Shown here: piece after piece, positions 7,176 through 12,690 of the stretch
How the letters are laid out: each line of letters starts with the position of its first letter
Numbering within the stretch: the stretch's first letter is position 1
Source of the DNA: an uncultured Candidatus Sumerlaeota bacterium
Lineage (GTDB): Bacteria; Sumerlaeota; Sumerlaeia; SLMS01; JANRJK01
Direction of reading: 5' to 3'
Assembly (NCBI GenBank): GCA_964618855.1
Contig: CAZUCD010000092.1
Span: forward strand, 1-12,690
DNA: 12,690 bases
Program-made: the position numbers and the translations under genes
Notes under the pieces: generated by a model
The model's database searches: none
Told to the model about the DNA's origin: nothing
Seen by the model: only the letters and a program-made list of their open reading frames with translations

Positions 7176-8261
7176 ATGCTGGAAATCAACGAGATGCTCA
7201 AGATCGTCGTCGAGCGCGACGCGGCGGACCTCCACCTCCGCGTCGGCAAGCCCCCCGTCATGCGCCTCCACGGCATCTTCGACGTGATCGACCCGGACAT
7301 CCTGACGCCGGAGGACACCGAGCGCCTGATGCGGGAAATCACCCCCCCGCGCTACCAGCAGATGCTGCAGGAGCACGGCTCCGCCGACTTCGCCTATTCG
7401 TACTCGGACCTCGCGCGCTTCCGGTGCGCCGTCCTGAAGGCGCAGGGCTCCATCGGCATCGTCATGCGCCTCATCCCCTCGCGCCTGCTGCCGTTCGAGG
7501 TTCTCGGCCTCCCCAAGGAATCCATCATCGAGATGCTGCACGCCCACCGCGGCCTCGTCATCATCACGGGCCCCACGGGCTCCGGCAAGACGACCACGCT
7601 CGCCACGATGATCGATTACATCAACACGCAGCGCTTCGTCCACATCATCACGATCGAGGACCCGATCGAGTACGTCCACCCGCACAAGAAGGCGATCGTC
7701 AGCCACCGCGAGCTCCACGTGGACACGCCGTCCTTCGCCTACGCGCTGCGCGGCGCGCTGCGACAGGACCCGGACGTCATCCTCGTCGGCGAAATGCGCG
7801 ACCTTGAGACGATGGAGGCCGGCCTCCACGCCGCGGAAACCGGCCACTTGGTCTTCGGCACCCTCCACACCATCAGCGCCTCCACCACCGTCGACCGCAT
7901 CATCGACGCCTTCCCCGCCAACCAGCAGGAGCAGATCCGCTCCGTGCTCTCCGTGGCGCTCAAGACGATCATCGCGCAGACACTCCTGCCGCACGCATCC
8001 GGCAAGGGCCGCCTCGCATGCTACGAGATCCTCCACAACATCCCCGCCGTTGCGAACCTCATCCGCGAGGCGAAGACCAACCGCATCATCTCCACGATCC
8101 AGACCTCGTCCAAGCTCGGCATGGTCACCATGGACGACTTCATCTACATGCTCTATGCGCAGGGGAAGATCACGGGCGAGGTCGCGCTGGAGCGCGCGCA
8201 CTACCCGGACGAGCTCCGCGTCAAGATGATGGCCGTGCCGACCGGCGATCCGGTGGTCTAG
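7176..8261 (+). CDS. pilT: Type IV pilus retraction (twitching motility) ATPase PilT
   Basis: N-terminal PilT-N 'DLHLRVGKPPVMRLHG'; Walker A 'GPTGSGKTTT'; Asp box/Walker B 'DVILVGEMRDLET'; His box 'TGHLVFGTLHT'; 'AIRLL'-equivalent 'NLIREAKTNRI'. Length 361 aa. AAGGA lies 11 nt upstream. Confidence 0.93.
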   Translation: MLEINEMLKIVVERDAADLHLRVGKPPVMRLHGIFDVIDPDILTPEDTERLMREITPPRYQQMLQEHGSADFAYSYSDLARFRCAVLKAQGSIGIVMRLIPSRLLPFEVLGLPKESIIEMLHAHRGLVIITGPTGSGKTTTLATMIDYINTQRFVHIITIEDPIEYVHPHKKAIVSHRELHVDTPSFAYALRGALRQDPDVILVGEMRDLETMEAGLHAAETGHLVFGTLHTISASTTVDRIIDAFPANQQEQIRSVLSVALKTIIAQTLLPHASGKGRLACYEILHNIPAVANLIREAKTNRIISTIQTSSKLGMVTMDDFIYMLYAQGKITGEVALERAHYPDELRVKMMAVPTGDPVV

Positions 8262-8271
8262 CGCGGCGGAC

Positions 8272-9261
8272 TTGGGCAGCGAACCAGCCGACACATGGCA
8301 TGACGAGGCGGCGCGCGTGCTGCGCGCCGAGGGGGAGGCGCTGCTGCGCGCGGCGGACACCCTCGACCACGCCGCCATGGAGCGCGCACTCGACCTCCTC
8401 CACACCGCAACCCCCCCCGTCGTCGTCACCGGCATGGGCAAGTCCGGCCACATCGCCGCAAAGGTCGCCGCCACCATGGCCTCGACCGGCACCCCGGCGT
8501 TCCACCTGCATCCCGGGGAGGCCATGCACGGGGACCTCGGCATGGTCCCGCACGGGAGCACCGTGCTCGCGTTTTCCCAGAGCGGCGCCACGGAGGAGGT
8601 CCTCAACCTGCTCCCCTACCTGCGCTCGCACGGCGCCAGGCTGATCGTCGTAACGGGGCAGCCCGCGTCGCCGCTCGCGCAGGCGGCCGACGTCGTCATC
8701 TCAAGCCGCATCGAGGGGGAGGCGTGCCCGTTCAACCTCGCGCCGACGACGAGCACGGCGCTCCAACTCGCACTGGGCGACGCGCTCGCTCTCTCGCTGA
8801 TGAAGCGGCGCGGCTTCGGCCCGGAGGACTTCGCCATCCGCCATCCCCTTGGCGCGCTCGGCAAGCGCCTCCTCATGCGCGTCGCCGACCTGATGAAGAA
8901 GGGCGAAACCGTGCCCGTCGCGCCCGTCGATGGCACGCTCCAACAGGCCGTCGACGTGATGAACCGCGGGATGCTCGGCGCGGTTGCCATCGTCGATGCC
9001 GACGGCCGGCTGGAGGGCTTCTTCACGGACGGGGACTTCCGCCGCCTGTGGTGCTCGCGCAACACGGTTGCCATCTCGACGCCCATCCGCGACGTCATGA
9101 TCCGCAACCCCAAGCGCGTCCACCCGGACATGCTCGGCGTGAAGGCCGTGGACCTGATGGAGCAGCACAAGATCACCACCCTGCCCGCCGTGGACGACGA
9201 CGGCCGCGTCGTCGGCATGATCCACCTGCATCAACTCGTCGAGGCGGGAATCACGAGGTAG
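8272..9261 (+). CDS. kdsD: Arabinose-5-phosphate isomerase, KpsF/GutQ/KdsD family (SIS domain + tandem CBS)
   Basis: SIS motifs 'VVVTGMGKSGHIAAKVAATMASTGTPAFHLHPGEAMHGDLGMV', 'SQSGATEEV' and 'APTTSTALQLALGDALA'. It can be aligned along its whole length to E. coli KdsD, including the CBS pair and the C-terminus 'HLHQLVEAGI'. Only a TTG start at 8272 (or GTG at 8317) is available, because an in-frame stop sits at 8260-8262. It begins 10 nt after the pilT stop. Confidence 0.85.
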   Translation: MGSEPADTWHDEAARVLRAEGEALLRAADTLDHAAMERALDLLHTATPPVVVTGMGKSGHIAAKVAATMASTGTPAFHLHPGEAMHGDLGMVPHGSTVLAFSQSGATEEVLNLLPYLRSHGARLIVVTGQPASPLAQAADVVISSRIEGEACPFNLAPTTSTALQLALGDALALSLMKRRGFGPEDFAIRHPLGALGKRLLMRVADLMKKGETVPVAPVDGTLQQAVDVMNRGMLGAVAIVDADGRLEGFFTDGDFRRLWCSRNTVAISTPIRDVMIRNPKRVHPDMLGVKAVDLMEQHKITTLPAVDDDGRVVGMIHLHQLVEAGITR

Positions 9262-9266
9262 GGAAT

Positions 9267-9327
9267 TGGGGACCGCAGGCCGGAGATCAGGGGTCGGACT
9301 CGATATCCCGCGATCTTGACGGTCCCC
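9267..9327. other. 8-bp inverted repeat GGGGACCG ... CGGTCCCC (45-nt spacer) in the convergent kdsD/PilT-N intergenic region; weak terminator candidate
   Basis: Read directly. The long loop makes this a weak hairpin. Confidence 0.2.
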
Positions 9328-9342
9328 AGCCTTTGGACCCCG

Positions 9343-9648
9343 CTACAGGAACACCACAGCGCTCCATACCCCGCCGTGCCGGAAAAGGGACATGCGGATG
9401 GCCCTGCCCTCGAACTTCGAGAGGCTCACCTCGCCCTGCCCTGCGGCATCGAGTCGATCCCAGGCGTCGGGGTCGACGACACGCGCGAGCATCCCCATGA
9501 GCGTGCGCTCATCGAGAGGCGGCGCATCCGGATCAAGCGGCTCGAGGTCGCGCATCGCACCCCGCACGGCAGGCACTCGCCCCACGTGCAGGTGCAATGC
9601 GCGCGCCTGAACGGTGCTTGCCTGCCCGATCAGATTCCACAGGTCCAT
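9343..9648 (-). CDS. PilT N-terminal-domain-only ORF (101 aa); either a standalone PilT-N protein or a 3'-truncated remnant of a pilT paralog
   Basis: 'ARALHLHVGRVPAVRGAMRDLEPLDPDAPPLDERTLMGMLARVVDPD...FEGRAIRMSLFRHGGVWSAVV' aligns with the pilT in this window ('AADLHLRVGKPPVMRLHGIFDVIDPDILTPEDTERLMREI...LARFRCAVLKAQGSIGIVMRLIP') and with the canonical PilT N-domain. GC3-rich codons. GGAGG-like sequence ~12 nt upstream of the ATG. Clean TAG stop. None of the three downstream frames continues PilT-like sequence. Confidence 0.6.
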   Translation of the reverse strand: MDLWNLIGQASTVQARALHLHVGRVPAVRGAMRDLEPLDPDAPPLDERTLMGMLARVVDPDAWDRLDAAGQGEVSLSKFEGRAIRMSLFRHGGVWSAVVFL

Positions 9649-9696
9649 GCCTTGCGCCCCCCTCCGGCCTCTGGTCTCCGGCCCCCGGCCTCCGCC

Positions 9697-10809
9697 TCAC
9701 GATGGGAGCGGCGGCGGCACGCTCGCGAAGAGCGTCATCAACTCAGCGACCTCGCCCGCCGGCGTCCACGCGGCCATGCCCGACTTCCACACGAGCGTCT
9801 CCCGCGTGAGGGCCCGCGCGTTGACCTGCGCCTGAAGGCCGGCCGCGTCGAAGGGCCCCGCCTGCTGCCCGCCGATTGCGGCGAACCAATGCGCCGCCGC
9901 GGGAAGCGGTGGCGGCAGGGGCGGAGGTGCCCCCGCCCCGGGCGCGCCCGGCCCCATCGCGTGCACCATCTGCTGGCCCATCGCGAGCCCGGCGCCGATC
10001 CCCGCGCCCATCCCCGCCATGCCCCCACCGCCACCCTTCATCGCGTCCGGCACCGAGGAGGCCACCTGGAACTTCATGAATGCATCCAGGTTGCCGACGA
10101 TCCCCATCGAGCTCCGCTTGTCGAGCATCTCCTCCACGTTCGGCGGCAGCGAGATGTTCTCGATCAGGAACTGCGGGATCGTGATCCCCATCTCCGCGAA
10201 GTCCGGCGCCGTCTTCTGCTGGATAAACTTGCCGAGTTCGTCCAGGTTCCCGGCCGCGTCGAGGATCGGAATGCCCGAGGAGGCGATCGCGTCCGTCGCG
10301 CGCGATACCACGATGTTGCGGAGCTGCGCCGCGATCTCCCACGTCTGGAAGCTCGGGTCCGTCCCGAGCAACTGGCGCAGGAACACGACCGGGTCGCTCA
10401 CCTGCATCACGTAGTTGCCGAACGCGCGCACGCGCAGGGGCCCGAAGTCCTTGTCCCGCACGATGAACGGGTTCGCCGTGCCCCACTTCAGGTCCGTGAA
10501 ACGGCGCGTTGCGACGAAGTACACCTCCGCCTTGAACGGCGAGTCGAAGCCGTACTTCCAGCCCATCAGCGTCGAGAGGATTGGCAGGTTCTGCGTCTTC
10601 AGCTCGTACATTCCCGGGACGAACACGTCGGCAAGCTGCCCCATGTTGACGAAGAGCGCCTGCTGCCCCTCGCGCACGATCAGCTTCGCGCCGTTCTTGA
10701 TCTCGTTGTCGTGGCGCGGGAACCGCCAGGCGATCACGTCGCTCTGCGACTCCTGGTTCCACTCGATGATGTCGATCAGCTCGCCCGTGAGGGCTTTCCA
10801 AAGGCTCAT
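9697..10809 (-). CDS. SPFH/band-7 domain protein (COG4260, YdjI-like) with Gly/Pro-rich linker and C-terminal GYF-like DUF4339 domain
   Basis: Start 'MSLWKALTGELIDIIEWNQESQ' matches the characteristic N-terminus of this family, with GGAGG 8 nt upstream. The six-frame ORF extends to 10965, but that extension is not protein-like. C-terminus: 'GGGGGMAGMGAGIGAGLAMG', 'PPPLPPPLP', then 'HWFAAIGGQQAGPFDAAGLQAQVNARALTRETLVWKSGMAAWTPAGEVAEL'. Confidence 0.88.
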   Translation of the reverse strand: MSLWKALTGELIDIIEWNQESQSDVIAWRFPRHDNEIKNGAKLIVREGQQALFVNMGQLADVFVPGMYELKTQNLPILSTLMGWKYGFDSPFKAEVYFVATRRFTDLKWGTANPFIVRDKDFGPLRVRAFGNYVMQVSDPVVFLRQLLGTDPSFQTWEIAAQLRNIVVSRATDAIASSGIPILDAAGNLDELGKFIQQKTAPDFAEMGITIPQFLIENISLPPNVEEMLDKRSSMGIVGNLDAFMKFQVASSVPDAMKGGGGGMAGMGAGIGAGLAMGQQMVHAMGPGAPGAGAPPPLPPPLPAAAHWFAAIGGQQAGPFDAAGLQAQVNARALTRETLVWKSGMAAWTPAGEVAELMTLFASVPPPLPS

Positions 10810-10828
10810 CGTCCCGACCTCCGCGAAG

Positions 10829-10874
10829 ATTGCCCGAACATGCGCATAGGATACCACCCGGGCAATGGCGCATT
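10829..10874. promoter_or_regulatory. Palindromic elements in the divergent SPFH/membrane-protein intergenic region: 8-bp IR ATTGCCCG...CGGGCAAT (22-nt spacer) enclosing perfect palindrome ATGCGCAT (10840-10847), plus a second near-copy AATGGCGCATT (10864-10874)
   Basis: Read directly. The two ATG(G)CGCAT centres are ~26 nt apart. They lie 20-65 nt upstream of the SPFH start codon (10809, minus strand). Confidence 0.3.
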
Positions 10875-10877
10875 CAA

Positions 10878-10954
10878 GGGTCGGGGATGGGGAATCGGGA
10901 GTGGGGGACGGGGCGCGGAGGAGGGCAGAACGCAGGGTTGCCGTCCGGGAAGGG
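10878..10954 (+). repeat. Second G-tract cluster (10 runs of G3-G5 in 77 nt; G4-prone) in the same divergent intergenic region
   Basis: Runs at 10878-10880, 10883-10886, 10889-10892, 10897-10899, 10903-10907, 10910-10913, 10923-10925, 10935-10937, 10947-10949 and 10952-10954. Confidence 0.45.
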
Positions 10955-10967
10955 ATCGTGACCAATC

Positions 10968-11999
10968 TTGCCGGTCCCTGCCGTGACTCTCGACTTCCTC
11001 CGCCACCTCGATCTTCGCCCGCTTCCCGCGCACGCGGAGGAGTTGCGTTCGCTCTGGTTCCGGCACTGGCTGCGGTCGCCGGGGGAGTGGGTCGCGCCGA
11101 TCGTCGCGGGGGTGCTGCTCACGGCGATGTCCGCGATGCACCACGACAGGTTCCAGCGCGGCTTCAACGACATCGCGATGATTGTGGACCGCATCATCAT
11201 CTTCGACGTGGCGGTGTTTTTCCTGGGCTGCGTTGCCGCGGTGCCGGCGCTCAACCGCGCACGCCGGGCCGACCTGCCGCGCGAGCTGCTCATGGCCGAC
11301 CTCCGCGCCGTGAACGTTGCGGAGGTCCTGCCCGCTGCATCGACCCGTGCGTGGGCCTGCGTGTTCGCGCTGCATGGATTCGTGGACTTCCTCCTCTTCG
11401 CCGATGCCGGAGTTGCGCTCCCGACCAACCGCCCATCATGGCAGCAGACGATCGGGGACTCCCCCGCGCTGACGAACGCGTGCTACGCCGTACTCGTGTT
11501 CTTCGTCGGGCTGAGTTGCATCGAATCAGTCCGGCTCGCCGGCTCGATGATGCTGGACGCGATGCTGCCGGGTTCTCAAACGCGGCGCCTGGTCTCGCGA
11601 GCCATCCTTGCGGTGGGCCCGCGCGTTCTGCTCCTCGTCATCCTCGGGTTCTCGCTGACGGCGGCGATCACGCACACGATCTACACCGCGCCGATCACTG
11701 CAATCACGCGCCACGGGGATGCGGCCGTGCTGTCGGTGACTGCCGTGCCGGGGTTGATGATTTGCATCGCGCTGAAGCGGCATCTCTCGCGGCTGGACCA
11801 CGAGTCGTTCGCGATGCGCCTCATCGAGTGGCGGGCTCAGGGGCTTGCAGAGGATCCGCCCGCAACGGCGTTTAACTCACCGAGGGCGCCCCGGCGCGCG
11901 ACATTCGAGGAACTGATCGCCGACGCAGAGGAAACGCCGGGCTTCCCGGAGGATGATCTTAGATCGCTCCGGCGTAGAATGCGCAGCTCGTCGGAATAG
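10968..11999 (+). CDS. Polytopic integral membrane protein of unknown function (about 6-7 predicted TM helices)
   Basis: GC3-rich frame with hydrophobic helices (VAPIVAGVLLTAMSAM; IIIFDVAVFFLGCVAAVPAL; ACYAVLVFFVGLSCIE; VLLLVILGFSLTAAI; AVLSVTAVPGLMICIAL) and a charged C-tail. The start is uncertain: TTG at 10968, directly after an in-frame stop at 10959-10961, or GTG at 10983. There is no ATG before the first TM. Confidence 0.7.
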   Translation: MPVPAVTLDFLRHLDLRPLPAHAEELRSLWFRHWLRSPGEWVAPIVAGVLLTAMSAMHHDRFQRGFNDIAMIVDRIIIFDVAVFFLGCVAAVPALNRARRADLPRELLMADLRAVNVAEVLPAASTRAWACVFALHGFVDFLLFADAGVALPTNRPSWQQTIGDSPALTNACYAVLVFFVGLSCIESVRLAGSMMLDAMLPGSQTRRLVSRAILAVGPRVLLLVILGFSLTAAITHTIYTAPITAITRHGDAAVLSVTAVPGLMICIALKRHLSRLDHESFAMRLIEWRAQGLAEDPPATAFNSPRAPRRATFEELIADAEETPGFPEDDLRSLRRRMRSSSE

Positions 12000-12036
12000 G
12001 CGAACGCGTGCCGCGGGATAGTTGCTCGTTTCCCCG

Positions 12037-12483
12037 CTACTTCTTGTCGTCCGTCTTGTCCCAGTTCACGATGTCGTCGTCGGTGCCGGCCTGCTTGTCG
12101 GGGCCGTTGCTCCACAGGTCGAAGTCATTCGTGTTGTGCTCGCCGGGGAACCGATACTGGTAGTCCTGCTTCCACGGGTCCTTCGGGAGGGCACTCTTCC
12201 TGAGGTACGGGCCGTTCCAGGAGTCCTCCTCGTCGTCGGAGGGCTTCTCCATGAGTCCCTTGAGGCCCGTGGACTGCTCTGGGAAGACGCCCATGTCCAT
12301 TTCGTACTGGGCGAGTGCGCCCTCGAGGGCGCGGATGTCGGACTTCGCGGCGGCTTTCTTGGCCTGGGCGGCCTTCCCCGTCAGACGGGGTGCCACGAGG
12401 GCCACGAGGATGCCAATGATCACGACGACCATCATGATCTCGAGGAAGGTGAAGGCGGAACGGCTGTTGGATCGACGCATCAT
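12037..12483 (-). CDS. gspG: Type II secretion major pseudopilin GspG-like protein (prepilin-type N-terminal cleavage/methylation domain)
   Basis: 'MMRRSNSRSA|FTFLEIMMVVVIIGILVALVAP' is a class III signal peptide with a conserved E at +5. GspG core motifs 'DIRALEGALAQYEMDMGVFPEQSTGL', 'WNGPYLRK..LPKDPWKQDYQYRFPGEHN.DFDLWSNGPD'. The six-frame ORF extends to 12678, but the upstream part is not protein-like. A double ATG at 12483/12480. Confidence 0.88.
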   Translation of the reverse strand: MMRRSNSRSAFTFLEIMMVVVIIGILVALVAPRLTGKAAQAKKAAAKSDIRALEGALAQYEMDMGVFPEQSTGLKGLMEKPSDDEEDSWNGPYLRKSALPKDPWKQDYQYRFPGEHNTNDFDLWSNGPDKQAGTDDDIVNWDKTDDKK

Positions 12484-12526
12484 CGCGCGGGGCCCTTGTG
12501 GTTCAAGTCGTGGCTGGGGGTAGCCT

Positions 12527-12609
12527 ACCCGCCGCGGTGGCGGGTTCGTCAACGCATCATGCAAGACGCGTTCCGGGTGTCGGCGAGTCGAAAGCCGAAA
12601 GTCGAAAAG
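12527..12609 (-). promoter_or_regulatory. gspG upstream elements: 7-bp perfect hairpin ACCCGCC-gcggt-GGCGGGT (12527-12545, about 44 nt upstream of ATG) and three tandem YCGAAAG direct repeats (12587-12609)
   Basis: Read directly: gtcgaaag / ccgaaag / tcgaaaag in tandem. The hairpin has a perfect stem. Confidence 0.25.
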
Positions 12610-12690
12610 TGGAATGCCCTTGGGCGCGAACTGAACCCCGGCCCCTGACCCCCGGTCCCTAGCCTGCCGGCCGTTCACCCTTGGTGATCT

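Noticed and set aside
6212-8606. 531-aa + ORF (6212..7807) and 535-aa - ORF (6999..8606)
   Set aside because: These are shadow frames of the permease and pilT genes. They cross a real divergent intergenic region and have no protein-like features.
9262-9342. Possible frameshifted 3' continuation of the PilT-N ORF
   Set aside because: I translated all three minus-strand frames downstream of the TAG. None shows PilT core sequence (no Walker A region), so this is not a simple frameshift pseudogene within the window.
10810-10965. Extension of the SPFH ORF to 10965
   Set aside because: The upstream 52 aa (PSPTPDSPSPT...) are not protein-like and cover the divergent promoter region. The internal ATG has a GGAGG RBS and matches the family N-terminus MxLWxxLxGExIDIIEW.
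9316-10986. 556-aa + strand ORF
   Set aside because: It is antisense to the well-supported SPFH/DUF4339 gene. The translation is R/H/P-rich with no motifs.
12001-12037. Hairpin GCGGG-N15-CCCGC between the convergent membrane-protein and gspG genes as a terminator
   Set aside because: The stem is only 5 bp with a 15-nt loop and it overlaps the gspG stop codon. That is too weak to call.
1-12690. Mobile elements, CRISPR arrays, tRNA/rRNA genes, prophage or defense-island signatures
   Set aside because: I found no transposase, integrase or recombinase-like ORFs, no terminal inverted repeats flanking a block, no regularly spaced direct repeats, and no RNA-gene-like conserved stretches. Base composition is uniform across the window.

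Overview
This is a high-GC (about 70%), gene-dense window of ordinary bacterial chromosome. I found no rRNA, tRNA, CRISPR array, transposase or integrase. I call 12 protein-coding genes, read left to right below.

1. A 5'-truncated TPR-repeat protein on the + strand.
2. A convergent, secreted protein built from six tandem ~80-aa beta-rich repeats.
3. A minus-strand operon of three genes. The first is an ABC permease of the nitrate/sulfonate/taurine type carrying a LysM-like periplasmic insert. The second is its 'FGALD'-type ABC ATPase. The third is a tandem AAA+ ATPase of the classic clade, with a degenerate N-terminal domain and an active C-terminal one.
4. A divergent pilT, tightly followed by kdsD (arabinose-5-phosphate isomerase, SIS plus two CBS domains).
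5. A convergent minus-strand pair. The first gene is an SPFH/band-7 protein with a Gly/Pro-rich linker and a C-terminal GYF-like (DUF4339-type) domain. It is followed by a 101-aa ORF that is an unmistakable PilT N-terminal domain homolog ending at a clean stop.
6. A divergent polytopic membrane protein of unknown function.
7. A convergent orphan GspG-type pseudopilin.

The noncoding features I can support from the sequence are:
- GC-rich hairpins between the convergent genes at 1259-1329.
- Two G-tract clusters, each with many G3-6 runs, in intergenic and promoter regions.
- Short palindromic and direct repeats upstream of pilT, of the SPFH gene and of gspG.

The many long R/G/P-rich ORFs in the six-frame track are antisense shadows of the real genes, as expected in GC-rich DNA.

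The most system-like candidate is the coupling of an ABC transporter without a substrate-binding protein to a tandem AAA+ unfoldase-type ATPase, next to a secreted beta-repeat protein. The PilT-N-only ORF is the second.

The organism is probably a high-GC Gram-negative bacterium, since it has LPS, type IV pilus and type II secretion-like genes. I do not assign a taxon.
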